Of a stretch of 64,000 nucleotides of DNA, positions 9,775 through 20,501 are shown one piece after another (position 1 is the first letter of the stretch; each line of letters opens with the position of its first letter). Below the pieces are notes generated by a model that was not told the DNA's origin, searched no databases, and worked only from the letters and a program-made list of their open reading frames with translations. Both the position numbers and the translations under genes were made by a program. The stretch comes from a virus, in IMG/VR virus record IMGVR_UViG_3300025648_000015, positions 32,001 through 96,000 of that record. One strand, 5' to 3'.

Positions 9775-11322
9775 ATGCCCATTTCCAACTATCAGATTCC
9801 AGGTGTTTATGTCACGCAGTCTGGCACATCGCTGACAGCTATAAACCCTACAAATCTTAATATTCTATTGCTTGCTGACCAGCCTGTCGCTGGTAGCAAT
9901 ACTGACACGTTCTATAACATCACTGCTACATCCGGTGTAACAATCGGTCAACTTACTACCCCTATGGTCAACACGACTTCAACGGGTACTTACACTTCTT
10001 TCTCTGGTTACACTGTAACTTGGGTTAGTGGTAGCACAACTGTTACTGGTACTTACGGTGTTAACTTTACTGTCAGCACCGCCAGTGGTCAGCCTTTTAG
10101 TGCTATAACTACAGTTGGAACCACAACTGGCGTTGGACTTCCAAGTGGAACTGTTTCTGTTACATACGGTCACAACTGGGCAGCATACGGAACTTATTAC
10201 GATTTTAATACACTCACCAACACAATTGGTGCTGCTATCAGTGGAACAACAATTAATAATCCAGCTGTGCTTGCTGCACAATTTGCATTCCAAAATGGTG
10301 CAAATGTTGTACAAGTTCTTCCTGTAGCTCGTATTTCATCAAGCGGACAAAGTGCTGCTACTACTACCGACTGGAACCGTGCACTTGCAACTAACGGTAC
10401 AGGTAGTGACCCAACATACCTTTCATCATTCGCTGGCGTAGACGTAATTGTCCCACTCTATGGTTTTGTTACCAATGGGCAAGTTACTGCTTACGCAAAC
10501 GGTACGGTTGCTAGCACATTGGCTGCGTACCTTACTAGCCAAAATAGCAATGGTAATTACCAGCGTGCCTTCCTTGGTTTTGATGGAACCTCTAACCAGA
10601 TCACTACTTCAGGTGTGCAATCATTTGTTGGTGGAATTGGTGCAAGCAATGCAGGTACACGAGTCAGTGTTGTATTCCCAGGTTCTATTAACTACAACCC
10701 AGGATTGAATACTAATACTGGACTTACCAACGTTAACTTCAATATCCCTGGTTACTACCTTGCTGCTGCAATCGCTGGTACTTTTGTAGGACAGACTCAA
10801 GTTAGCACCCCTATTACAAATAAGATTGTTTATGGATTTAATTACATCCCTAACCAAATTAGCCTTACGGACGCAGCTACTAACTATCTACCTTATGGTG
10901 TTACTACAGTTTACCAAAAGCGTGACGGTAACCTCTGGATTCTACAGGGTCTTACAACTAATGTAAATAACTGGTTGACACAAGAAATATCAATCAATGC
11001 TGTTGGTGACCGCTTAGCTAACAACGTTCGACGTGACTTGGTCAATAGTGCACTTATTGGTGGTCCTTTGACACAGATTACTACTGGTGCTGCGCTTTCA
11101 ACAGTGCAAGGTACTTTGATCAATGCAAAGGCATCTGGACTTATCCAAAGTTACCAGAATATTAATTACACAGTTAACCCATCTAACCCAACGACTGTAA
11201 ATATTACTTTCCAATATTCTCCGACGTATCCGATTAATTACATCCAGACTACTTTGAGCCTAAATACTCAAACTGGTACCGTAATTACGAATAATACTCA
11301 GAGCAATCTTGTAGTCTACTAG
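9775..11322 (+). CDS. contractile tail sheath protein
   Basis: N-terminal Y.IPGVYV, YLAAAIAG, C-terminal EISI..VGD...VNITFQYSPTYPINYI typical of sheath. Confidence 0.9.
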   Translation: MPISNYQIPGVYVTQSGTSLTAINPTNLNILLLADQPVAGSNTDTFYNITATSGVTIGQLTTPMVNTTSTGTYTSFSGYTVTWVSGSTTVTGTYGVNFTVSTASGQPFSAITTVGTTTGVGLPSGTVSVTYGHNWAAYGTYYDFNTLTNTIGAAISGTTINNPAVLAAQFAFQNGANVVQVLPVARISSSGQSAATTTDWNRALATNGTGSDPTYLSSFAGVDVIVPLYGFVTNGQVTAYANGTVASTLAAYLTSQNSNGNYQRAFLGFDGTSNQITTSGVQSFVGGIGASNAGTRVSVVFPGSINYNPGLNTNTGLTNVNFNIPGYYLAAAIAGTFVGQTQVSTPITNKIVYGFNYIPNQISLTDAATNYLPYGVTTVYQKRDGNLWILQGLTTNVNNWLTQEISINAVGDRLANNVRRDLVNSALIGGPLTQITTGAALSTVQGTLINAKASGLIQSYQNINYTVNPSNPTTVNITFQYSPTYPINYIQTTLSLNTQTGTVITNNTQSNLVVY

Positions 11323-11334
11323 GAGCAATAAAAA

Positions 11335-11811
11335 ATGGCAACTTCACTATTTCGCGTAGGTGGACACTATACTGCGTTCACCTACAATGGACAGGCACTA
11401 GCCTATGCTCAGGTTATCAATGAGCGAGGCCCACAGCCTGTAGCACAACCACAGCCTATCCAACCTTTGGATAACGCTTACCCAATTGAGATTGCTTTGC
11501 CTGCTGCTTTGAATGCAGGATATCTCGAAATCACATTCCTAGAACAATGGAATGCTGAAGTATGGGCACAATTGGGTGCAAACTTTGCTAATGCAGCTGA
11601 CCTCCTTGACGTGTTCAAGGCTCAACTTGCTCAAGGCGAAGTCCAGTGCATAAAAGTCATCAATAAGCCAGACGGTACCCAGCGTAGAATTACTTACACT
11701 GGTTGTGTCGTAGTTAACGTCACAGTTGATGAATTAATCCAAATTGGAACAATGACTATTCCCAAGACGATTACAATCATGTACCGTCAAAGAACCGAAA
11801 CTCTAAATTAA
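11335..11811 (+). CDS. tail tube protein
   Basis: 158 aa directly after sheath; C-terminal ITYTGC...IPKTITIMY pattern. Confidence 0.75.
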   Translation: MATSLFRVGGHYTAFTYNGQALAYAQVINERGPQPVAQPQPIQPLDNAYPIEIALPAALNAGYLEITFLEQWNAEVWAQLGANFANAADLLDVFKAQLAQGEVQCIKVINKPDGTQRRITYTGCVVVNVTVDELIQIGTMTIPKTITIMYRQRTETLN

Positions 11812-11828
11812 GAAAGGCATGAAATAAA

Positions 11829-12812
11829 ATGTCCGTACGTTCATATGTAATTCAATTGCAGGCAGGAGTGGGTCAAGCCATTCTTCCTGATCACCGTAAG
11901 ATGGTCCCAGGTGTACAATACGTGGTAGATGCTGATACGTTCTCAAAGATTAGCCTAGGTGCTCGTCAGAATGTTATCAAAGTTGTCACTGTTAACACTG
12001 ACCTTACCACTGCTAGTGGTGGTTTTGTACCTGCCCAAGTATCAAATGGTGTAAATACCCAGTTGTTTGGTGGAAATGGTCCACTCAGCCTCCTCGGTAC
12101 TGTAAGCAACACTCTTAGCACATTCAGCATTGCTGGTTTTGCTGCTCAAGGAGCTGCTGCTGGTGGAACCACTGGTGCTGGTGCTGGTATTGGAACACCA
12201 CAAGACACACTACTAGGATCTTTCCAACCTTACTCACTAACTGGTCCTGATGGTGCTCGTTACCAACTCGTTTATAATGGAACTGCTACTACCATTTCAG
12301 GTGGTTGGGCAACGGTATGGCAAGACGAAAGCAATGGTTACGTATCAACTGCTTCTGGTATCACATACCAAGTCAAGCAAGATGGTCAAGGCGTTTCATA
12401 TGTTATTAGCGCCAATACAACTCTTAGCGGTGTAAACGGAAACGTTACTACTGTTGGTACTAAGCAAGGTGCTTTCTCAGGTGTTGCACTTGTTAACATT
12501 CCTGCTGGTTACTTTGGTTTCACTCAAATCGAAGGTATTTGCCCATCAGTTGCTGTCGTTAGCGGTACTGCCGTTGGAACTGCAGTTGGTGTTGTAGCAA
12601 CTAGCAACGCTGGTTACCTTGGAGTTCCTGCTTCAACTACCACAGCTGTTAGCTCACTTGGTGTTGTAACTGGTAGCCCACTTGCTAATAACATTGCTGG
12701 TACAACGCTTACTACTCCTGCTTCAGGTACTAACGGTCAGTTTTTTGCTCAAGTTGAACTCCGTAGCCGCAGAAGCAAGAAGCCTTACAACCGCTTCCTT
12801 AACAAAAACTAA
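11829..12812 (+). CDS. virion structural protein, Gly/Ser/Thr-rich, unknown function
   Basis: 327-aa ORF between tube and chaperone; GV ALVNIPAGYFGFTQIEG resembles decoration/cement-type beta domains. Confidence 0.5.
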   Translation: MSVRSYVIQLQAGVGQAILPDHRKMVPGVQYVVDADTFSKISLGARQNVIKVVTVNTDLTTASGGFVPAQVSNGVNTQLFGGNGPLSLLGTVSNTLSTFSIAGFAAQGAAAGGTTGAGAGIGTPQDTLLGSFQPYSLTGPDGARYQLVYNGTATTISGGWATVWQDESNGYVSTASGITYQVKQDGQGVSYVISANTTLSGVNGNVTTVGTKQGAFSGVALVNIPAGYFGFTQIEGICPSVAVVSGTAVGTAVGVVATSNAGYLGVPASTTTAVSSLGVVTGSPLANNIAGTTLTTPASGTNGQFFAQVELRSRRSKKPYNRFLNKN

Positions 12813-12862
12813 TTAAGCTAATGTGGTAGGCTTTGAATAGAAGCCCTAGATCCAAAGGAAAC

Positions 12863-13390
12863 ATGACAACGAAGAATGGAATCGGATGGGGGAGTGAAGA
12901 CCTCCCCCAGACCGAAACAAGTAAGAACATCGATAGCTTTCCAGAAGAATGGAAAGATGATTTCGAAGGCCTGCTCTTTTTAGGTTATTTACAACGTGAA
13001 GTCACAAAAGTGCCTTTCCACAAGTTTGTGGTTAGAACATTGACTATTAACGAAAAGCTAGAAATTAGTCTATTGACAAAGCCGTACCTAGATACTGTTG
13101 GGTACGCTCGTTCTTACAAATCTGCTATCGTTGCTGCCGGATTGGTTAGTGTTGATGGTAGGGATCTAATCCCTGGTAATAAAAATATTAACGTAGTTAG
13201 ACAAAAGTATGATTACGTAGTCAATAATTGGTATGATACTATTATTGATATTCTTTACGAAGAAATTGATTCTCTTGAAAACCGTGTAATTATGGTATTG
13301 CAAGAACTCGGTATTATTGAACCAGTTGTCCCTTTTGATATCTTTGAAAAGGTAGAAGAGGAACTGGATATCCCAAAAGATGGGAAGTAG
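12863..13390 (+). CDS. tail assembly chaperone (gpG-like)
   Basis: AAGGA SD before ATG 12863; position before tape measure; ends in slippery heptamer. Confidence 0.75.
   Translation: MTTKNGIGWGSEDLPQTETSKNIDSFPEEWKDDFEGLLFLGYLQREVTKVPFHKFVVRTLTINEKLEISLLTKPYLDTVGYARSYKSAIVAAGLVSVDGRDLIPGNKNINVVRQKYDYVVNNWYDTIIDILYEEIDSLENRVIMVLQELGIIEPVVPFDIFEKVEEELDIPKDGK
13372..13378 (+). other. programmed -1 ribosomal frameshift site C CCA AAA
   Basis: X XXY YYZ heptamer in frame 4 codons before stop; -1 frame reads PKRWEVDPYVIENSEIA... continuous with ORF 13399..13800. Confidence 0.8.
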
Positions 13391-13398
13391 ATCCGTAT

Positions 13399-13800
13399 GT
13401 GATCGAGAATAGTGAGATTGCCAATCTTACTGGTGTTTTTACCAGAGGCAACCTCAATGTAGTACAACAACAAATCCTTGTAACGCATACTATCCGTAAA
13501 CGTAGACAAGAAAATGAGTTAGAAGAACTTCGTTTTGAACAGAATCTGTTTATAAACAACCCAGAGTTCCATAGCATTTACATGAAGAAAAAACAAGAAG
13601 AGGAAGAGATGGGCGATGTCGTCTGGCTTACTCCTCAAAGTATTGAAGAACAACGTGAGCTCGATAAGGTATTCGCAGAAATGGCAAAACCTCAACAAAG
13701 AACACCTGAAGAAATCGCCGCTGACGCAGCTTTTGTCGAACAAATGACTTTAAACAACCCATTTGATGGCATAGATATAGACGAGATAGGAGGTGATTAA
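13399..13800 (+). CDS. tail assembly chaperone gpT-like segment (expressed as G-T fusion by frameshift)
   Basis: -1 frame relative to upstream ORF, no good SD, precedes tape measure. Confidence 0.7.
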   Translation: MIENSEIANLTGVFTRGNLNVVQQQILVTHTIRKRRQENELEELRFEQNLFINNPEFHSIYMKKKQEEEEMGDVVWLTPQSIEEQRELDKVFAEMAKPQQRTPEEIAADAAFVEQMTLNNPFDGIDIDEIGGD

Positions 13801-16217
13801 TGGCTACAGGTGATCCACTTGAGATACCGGTAAATTTTCAAGATAATACCGGTTCTACAGTACAAGGTTTTCAACAACTCGCTTCTGTAACAAAACAAAT
13901 ACGTGACGACGTAGAAGCCATTGATACCGCTATTTCTGGCGTTACTGATCGTGCAGACAAACTAAGAGGTTATTTCCAAGAAAACTTAGATGTTGTTACT
14001 GGAATTAAATCTATTTTAGAGATTGTATCAACACAAGCACAAGCTAACCAAGCTACATTTAGCAACCTTGTAATGCAATTGCAAGAAATGATGAATAGCG
14101 CAAGAGGCCTCGGCGGCAATGCCAATATGGGTCAAGCTATGCAGATGCTTGGTTTTGGTGGTAACACTGGTGCTGGTTACTTTGGTAACACTGGTTCTGG
14201 TGGATATAGTCAAAGCATCACTTCATCCGTAGACTTTTCTACTGACCCTAACGTACAAAGAACTTCCATTAATAACAGATTCGCTGGTAAGTCTAGAGAC
14301 TTTAGCGATCTTATGTCAGGAATATCTGGTGGCAATGGCAATAATATAGTACCACCAAACGCACCTCCATCTGGTGGATATGACGAAGAAGACGATGGTA
14401 GAAAAAGAGTCTTTGGCAATGCTCTAAGCCAAATAATTTCACCTACAGTTAATAATCAAGTGCCTAACGATTCTTTGCAAACAAGGCTTCAAGCGCAACT
14501 TAAAAATAATTATTCAAATATTGCTGATAGCATTATTGCTCAAAAAAAAGAAGGCAGAGCAGCAGAAGTTGCCTACAGACAATCTACTAATTTAATTACT
14601 AGAACACTTGGAAATAGAGCTGGTAGCTTTTACAAAAGTGTTCTTGGTAATCTTGGTATTGATAGAGAAACACTTAGACAAGCTCAAGCTGAAGCTAAAT
14701 ATGAAAATGTTCTTGATGCAAATGGTAACCCAACGTATTATCCTGGTAGTACCATACCAATTCAACAACGCACAAGCGAAATCGTTTCCGGTGGCACTGA
14801 AGATAAAATGCTTAAAATTGCTGACCACATTACAAGCATATTTGGATCTAAACTATTAACAAAATTTACTGAATTTGCTGGCTATGCAAATATTGCATCC
14901 GGAATTTACGGGGGTGCCGTTGCTATTGCTAACCAAGCACGACAAATTACTGGTTTTGCCCAAGCACAAGGACAAAACGTTGGTCAAGTAGATTATGGAC
15001 GTAGCGCTGGACAAGCCCTTAGTGCTTTTGTACAATCTGGATTTAATCTTAATCCATCTTTCAGTATGGCCGATGTTATGCAAGCTCAAAACAATGCTCA
15101 AGCTCTTGGTCTAAGAGGCGGAAACATACAACAATATGTTAATAATGCTTTGCAATTTAAGACACAATATGGTTTAAATGCACAACAAACTCAACAAATC
15201 ATTGGTGGTGGTTTAGCTGCCGGTGTAAACATGGGCGATACTGCTAACGCTTTTGCTTATGTACGTCAACTTGAAAATAATACTCAAACAAGTACAGCAT
15301 ATGGTAATCAAGCTTTTATGACTGGAATGTCTCAATATGCTGCTGGAGGAGCTACCGGCGTTGTAGCTGCGCAACTAGGTGCACAAGCTGCTCAATTTGG
15401 TGCAGGAAACTTTGTTTTGCAAGCACAAGGTGCAACTGGTACAGAGTTGTTAGGAACACAATTAGGCAATGCTTTGATGGCGCAAGCTCTTGGTACAAGT
15501 TACATGGGTCTATATGCAACAGAACGTAAATCTACTTCAGCACAATTGCAGACTGCTACATATACTTCTGATGAACAAATCCTACATTGGGCACAAATTG
15601 ATACAACAACTGATTATCAAGGTAGCCAAAAAAAGTTTGATGATAAAAACGCTGGTCAATATATGATCTTATCTGCTATCATGAGTCAACCTTCAATGGG
15701 TTCTGCTATAAATAAACAAGGTGACACACCACAACACGCAGGTAATTGGGCATGGGGCGTTGTAAAACAAGTACAAACTGCAAAAAAATATGGTGCACCT
15801 GTCGCATTCACTGATGCTACTGCTAGCGGTAATGTAAAGAAAATAGTTGATCAGACAAATCAAGCTGCTCCAGGCGGACAGCTTCGTATTAGAGGTGCTA
15901 GTTCAGAATATGTTTTTAAACAAGAACAAGAACATGCTCTAGAAGCACTTAATAAAGTAACTCAAGGTACAATCAATGTGCCAAAATCTGTTTACCAAGA
16001 AGCTTATAATGCCTATCAATCAGGAGATTATACGACTGCTACACAAGATATTTATGGATATAAAGCACCAAGCAATAACAATAATGCATCAACATCACAT
16101 GTTAGCCTTAGTTTTAATCCATCTACTGCACAAGCTCTTAGCTTTTCTATGCAAAACAATGCAGCTGGTTATACTACTGGCACTATACCACTTACTAAAA
16201 TACCAAAACATTTATGA
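13800..16217 (+). CDS. tape measure protein
   Basis: 805 aa, Ala/Gly/Gln-rich helical, follows chaperones. Confidence 0.8.
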   Translation: MATGDPLEIPVNFQDNTGSTVQGFQQLASVTKQIRDDVEAIDTAISGVTDRADKLRGYFQENLDVVTGIKSILEIVSTQAQANQATFSNLVMQLQEMMNSARGLGGNANMGQAMQMLGFGGNTGAGYFGNTGSGGYSQSITSSVDFSTDPNVQRTSINNRFAGKSRDFSDLMSGISGGNGNNIVPPNAPPSGGYDEEDDGRKRVFGNALSQIISPTVNNQVPNDSLQTRLQAQLKNNYSNIADSIIAQKKEGRAAEVAYRQSTNLITRTLGNRAGSFYKSVLGNLGIDRETLRQAQAEAKYENVLDANGNPTYYPGSTIPIQQRTSEIVSGGTEDKMLKIADHITSIFGSKLLTKFTEFAGYANIASGIYGGAVAIANQARQITGFAQAQGQNVGQVDYGRSAGQALSAFVQSGFNLNPSFSMADVMQAQNNAQALGLRGGNIQQYVNNALQFKTQYGLNAQQTQQIIGGGLAAGVNMGDTANAFAYVRQLENNTQTSTAYGNQAFMTGMSQYAAGGATGVVAAQLGAQAAQFGAGNFVLQAQGATGTELLGTQLGNALMAQALGTSYMGLYATERKSTSAQLQTATYTSDEQILHWAQIDTTTDYQGSQKKFDDKNAGQYMILSAIMSQPSMGSAINKQGDTPQHAGNWAWGVVKQVQTAKKYGAPVAFTDATASGNVKKIVDQTNQAAPGGQLRIRGASSEYVFKQEQEHALEALNKVTQGTINVPKSVYQEAYNAYQSGDYTTATQDIYGYKAPSNNNNASTSHVSLSFNPSTAQALSFSMQNNAAGYTTGTIPLTKIPKHL

Positions 16218-16223
16218 TAAATT

Positions 16224-16844
16224 ATGGCAGTTAATATCGTAGGAGGCAGTCAAAACTCATTAGACCAACCATTGTTGGTTAGTTCTGCCACGATCAAAGA
16301 CAATTATACTGGTAAAACTTATACTTTCCCTTTTAATGTTAATTCGTTAAATTGGTCGTACCAAGTAAACTCACAAAGCTACGATACTATTGGTGGCCGT
16401 GTAACTCAAATATTATCTGTAAGAATTAATACTATGCAAGTGCAAGGTGATGCTGGCAGTAGAGGCACTCTTATGGAATTATATGAAATCTTTAAAACTG
16501 TACAAGATAGCCAAAACCAGTCTAAAAAACCTATGACTTTTAGTATTCCTAGTAGAAATTTATCTTTTATGGTATTTTTACAAAACTTTCAAATGGGTTG
16601 GGATATCACTACAGTAACTTACCCATACTATCTTACTTTTGAAGTGCAACAAGATCTTACAAAAGTTGTTACGCAAAGCGCCACTTTAAAAGCTCTCAAT
16701 AGTTATTCAGCAACCGCTGGTGGCATTGGGTTTAATGAATTATGGACTGGTCTTAGCACAATTTCTCAAAGTACAAAAACCGCAAATATTCTTCAAGCAT
16801 TGGAAAACTCTAATGCTTCTCAACTTTTTACAACTGGTAGTTAA
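16224..16844 (+). CDS. putative baseplate/tube initiator protein
   Basis: FPFNVNSLNWSY...YDTIGGRV pattern; position after tape measure. Confidence 0.55.
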   Translation: MAVNIVGGSQNSLDQPLLVSSATIKDNYTGKTYTFPFNVNSLNWSYQVNSQSYDTIGGRVTQILSVRINTMQVQGDAGSRGTLMELYEIFKTVQDSQNQSKKPMTFSIPSRNLSFMVFLQNFQMGWDITTVTYPYYLTFEVQQDLTKVVTQSATLKALNSYSATAGGIGFNELWTGLSTISQSTKTANILQALENSNASQLFTTGS

Positions 16845-16846
16845 TT

Positions 16847-17044
16847 ATGGATAATAATACAAACATAAACAATGTTGAAGGTATGTATTCTGCTAATTGT
16901 AGGATATCAACACCTATTCTTTATCCACAAGCTAACGTAAAAAGTTTTAATGGATTTGCATGGAGTAATAGTATGGGGATGATACACGAAACATCTCCTA
17001 TAGTAGATGAAGGTTGGCAGCAATGGCTGGGAACGCAACAATAA
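16847..17044 (+). CDS. small hypothetical virion-module protein
   Basis: 65-aa ORF filling gap between flanking genes. Confidence 0.45.
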   Translation: MDNNTNINNVEGMYSANCRISTPILYPQANVKSFNGFAWSNSMGMIHETSPIVDEGWQQWLGTQQ

Positions 17045-17718
17045 CATTATTTGATGGTAAAAAATTAACTACATTTGAAGTATGGTTGCAAAGCATTAGT
17101 ACTAGTTCAACTAATCAATTTTTAACACAACAAACACGAGACGGGATATCTTGGCTCCCTATTAGACGTGCTGAAATGTTTGCTAATTTTACAATTGTTT
17201 GGTCATTGGTTAGTCTTAAGCCAAAAGGTACCGAACCAGATCTTGGTTTTGAAGATATTGATCCTACTGATGGTTTTTCAAAATTAAACAAATTTCAAGA
17301 TGCTATCAATGCTCATCAAATAGCTTATGTTAATGGTACGACTGCAGCAACAATGGAATTAAATTATTACAATAATTCTGATCCAACTTTACCTACATAT
17401 AATACTATTATTAGCAAGAACCCTTTACAACCGCTAAAATATAATGGTTGGATACAAATTGTAGAAAAACAATTTGTACGTTTTAAAAGTTATTTTGTTA
17501 CTAATTATACTATGAATATCTTAACAAAAAATATTGCAAACACCCCTTCATCTTCTTTGGAAGCTGGTTCTAAGATTACATATGCACCTTCTGCTTATGA
17601 TCAAGAAGCATACGGTGCTAGTTGGGTCGATCTTTATGCTACTGGCATTGTACAAGGAGCAATTAATACAAAAGCAAGTAGCATTAATAGTCAAAACGGT
17701 GGAGTGCCAAGCGCATGA
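17014..17718 (+). CDS. putative baseplate protein
   Basis: 234-aa ORF in baseplate block (start may be 17023). Confidence 0.5.
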   Translation: MAAMAGNATITLFDGKKLTTFEVWLQSISTSSTNQFLTQQTRDGISWLPIRRAEMFANFTIVWSLVSLKPKGTEPDLGFEDIDPTDGFSKLNKFQDAINAHQIAYVNGTTAATMELNYYNNSDPTLPTYNTIISKNPLQPLKYNGWIQIVEKQFVRFKSYFVTNYTMNILTKNIANTPSSSLEAGSKITYAPSAYDQEAYGASWVDLYATGIVQGAINTKASSINSQNGGVPSA

Positions 17719-20501
17719 GTATTGAAACTGGTCAATCCGGAACTTTCTTTTATACTCCTGATATTAGTGTTGTTGTTAATACTAGTTCAGGGCCTGTAGA
17801 TATATCAGCAGATGTTGTTGACTTTAATTTACAAAGACAAATTAATGCCGTAAGTACTTTTACTTGTACCCTTAATAACCCAGGGTTTAAATATAACTAT
17901 GATGGTGGTTCTACACCTATATCAACCATGGATCGTATTGTAGTGTTCTTAAAAAGAACTAGTTACGTACAAGTATTTACTGGTTTTGTAACATATGCAC
18001 CCCTTGTAACTTTAATTCCTACTCCAATCCAGATCCAAGCTACTTGTACGCTTAGAATATTGCAATCAACTTACTGGGATGACACGCTTATCCAATTTCA
18101 AAATCTTCTTCTTAACTATATGGACTCTGCTGCTCAAAGCAGCAACAGCACACTTAATGACGGTGGTATTGCGCAAGCAGTCGTCAATGTCCTTTATAAC
18201 GTATGCAACTGGAATCCAAATAATATCCACATCCAAGGTATTCCAAATAGCTTTATTAATTTTACAGCGCAAGTATATAGTAATTTGATTAGTTCAGCAA
18301 ATGGACTAGACCAGAACTCTGTGCAAGAATTAAGTAAAATTATTAGTGCTGCTGGTGTTTCTAGTGGGCAAAATGCAGTAACAACTAATTCTGCAGGCGT
18401 TGAAACACTTACAAACAACCAAGCACCTGATGGTGGTATTGGTACTAAAATTTCTGTTAGCCAAGCAAAACCATTTATTACAACAGGAATTGGTGGGAAT
18501 CCAGCTTATTTCCCAGGGCCTAACTCAATGAACCCAGTTAATTCTTCATTGATTACTGAAGACATTTATTATTGTTCAGCCCCATTTTCTTATTTAAATC
18601 TACAAAACCAAACTGAAATTAATAATGCCAAAACTTGGTTGGCACAAAACCACGTTACGGGTAAAAACGATGGAAGACTTTTACTATTAATCAATCAAAG
18701 ATATAATAAAGTTGTTGCTGTAAGAACAACTAGTGTTCCACAAAAAACTACAGGAAAAAACAACCAAGCAATTGTTGATAAAAGTGTTGATTATTTTCAA
18801 GTACACCCTGGTGTAATAGCATATCTTACAAATAACGCAAACGATCCTAAATCGTATGACCCTAAAAATGCTACAAGCAGTATGTACTCAGAAGTTACTT
18901 ACTTATGGGCAGATCAAACTGTAGTTAACGTTGGTCCACAGAATGGTCTTAATTCAAATCTTATTCAAACAAATGCTAGTGTTAATTCTCAAGATGTATT
19001 AAACAATACAGCAATCGTTAATTCAGTTATTAGTAATATGAGAACTCAAGTTGGTCATACTAAATATGTTTATGGTGGCAGAACTCCAGGGGTTGGTTTT
19101 GATTGTTCTGGTCTGGTTCAATGGGCATGGAATACAGAATTTAAAAAAAGAAACGTCAATGCTTCATTGAATGCTAATACAAATTCTCAATTTGGTTCTC
19201 TTGCGCCGAGTGACAAACAAATGGTCAACGGTCCAGTTCCTTTAAACAACCAAATTTTAGGAACATATTTTGGTGTGAATGCGCAACCACAAGCTGGTGA
19301 TGCTTTGTATTTTTATAATATGCCAAAAGCAGGTGGAGATAATACACCACCACCGAACCACGTGGCAACATTAAGCATTGACTTTGGTCAACCTGGACCA
19401 AATGGTGAAAAAGCTAACCCCGATCAAGGTTGGTACATTGCAGCACAAACAAGCTCAGGGCCATTAAAAGATCAAATTGTTGAACAACCAATATATTGGA
19501 GCCAAATTGTTGGCGGTTATAATAATAAAAAAGCTCAAAGCAATGGTTCTATTTATTTAGGAGCTAGACGACCTTTGTCATTGTTTGGTGGCGCTACTAC
19601 AACTTTAAATTCAAATAGTTCAAACAATGGTAGTTATTATAATGCTAATGACCCATCACAAAGGTCTGCTTTAAACCTTACCAACGCTTTTAATACTCTT
19701 TTTCAAGCTCCACAATTTGACGTAAGAGCAAGTGTTATCCAAGGTTCACCAAGAGCGTTTTTACTTGATAACCCAGTAATGCAAGACATTACACAAATTA
19801 TGGGTGCTGGTCTTCGTCTATACCAAAGTGCGCCAAATGGTGACTTTGTTGCCTGGTTCCCTGATTACTATGGTATTTATGGCACTGATCCAGTTATGGA
19901 TATTAGCCCAGTAGAAATTATGGATTTCCAAATTTATCATGATGACAACCAATTAGCTACTCACGTAGGTGTCATCGGTGATACTACCGGTATTGGTCAA
20001 CAAGTTAGTTTCCAAGATTATATTACAACAAATGGTATTGTTAGCATCCAAGATACAAGCACTATGGAAATTTTGTTTGGTACTTATTTGGTTCAAAACA
20101 ATACTAATAACAATACTACAGGAAATACTCCAACATCTACTAACTTAAAAAATGTCCTTACATTTTTGAATAGATATGGTATGCGACCAATGGTCCAAGA
20201 GCAAAGTGTTATTCACAGTCATGCTATTGAATATTTATATGCTTTACAACAATTTATGCTTCAATGGGTTAACCAATTTGTTAGCACTGTCCAACTTACA
20301 TTTATGCCTGAACTTTATCCAGGTATGAGAATAAAGATAAACATGGATCAAAATAACGTTTATCATTTTTATGTAATGGGTGTTACTCACCAGGGTAGCC
20401 GTTCTGGTGGATTTACTACACAAGTACAATTAACTGCTCCTATGAAGGGTAATAAGATTCTTCACTATGGGCTTGATCTAGTGCCGAATGTAATATCATG
20501 A
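17715..20501 (+). CDS. baseplate hub protein with inserted NlpC/P60 peptidoglycan hydrolase domain
   Basis: hub-like N- and C-termini (FMPELYPGMRI...FYVMGVTH); internal YVYGGRTPGVGFDCSGLVQWAW...GDALYF...NHVA. Confidence 0.85.
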   Translation: MSIETGQSGTFFYTPDISVVVNTSSGPVDISADVVDFNLQRQINAVSTFTCTLNNPGFKYNYDGGSTPISTMDRIVVFLKRTSYVQVFTGFVTYAPLVTLIPTPIQIQATCTLRILQSTYWDDTLIQFQNLLLNYMDSAAQSSNSTLNDGGIAQAVVNVLYNVCNWNPNNIHIQGIPNSFINFTAQVYSNLISSANGLDQNSVQELSKIISAAGVSSGQNAVTTNSAGVETLTNNQAPDGGIGTKISVSQAKPFITTGIGGNPAYFPGPNSMNPVNSSLITEDIYYCSAPFSYLNLQNQTEINNAKTWLAQNHVTGKNDGRLLLLINQRYNKVVAVRTTSVPQKTTGKNNQAIVDKSVDYFQVHPGVIAYLTNNANDPKSYDPKNATSSMYSEVTYLWADQTVVNVGPQNGLNSNLIQTNASVNSQDVLNNTAIVNSVISNMRTQVGHTKYVYGGRTPGVGFDCSGLVQWAWNTEFKKRNVNASLNANTNSQFGSLAPSDKQMVNGPVPLNNQILGTYFGVNAQPQAGDALYFYNMPKAGGDNTPPPNHVATLSIDFGQPGPNGEKANPDQGWYIAAQTSSGPLKDQIVEQPIYWSQIVGGYNNKKAQSNGSIYLGARRPLSLFGGATTTLNSNSSNNGSYYNANDPSQRSALNLTNAFNTLFQAPQFDVRASVIQGSPRAFLLDNPVMQDITQIMGAGLRLYQSAPNGDFVAWFPDYYGIYGTDPVMDISPVEIMDFQIYHDDNQLATHVGVIGDTTGIGQQVSFQDYITTNGIVSIQDTSTMEILFGTYLVQNNTNNNTTGNTPTSTNLKNVLTFLNRYGMRPMVQEQSVIHSHAIEYLYALQQFMLQWVNQFVSTVQLTFMPELYPGMRIKINMDQNNVYHFYVMGVTHQGSRSGGFTTQVQLTAPMKGNKILHYGLDLVPNVIS

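Noticed and set aside
12822-12855. Sixth copy of the late promoter (TGTGGTA...GCCCTAGATCC) before the chaperone gene
   Set aside because: TGTA mismatch, spacing off by one and no T at the conserved position
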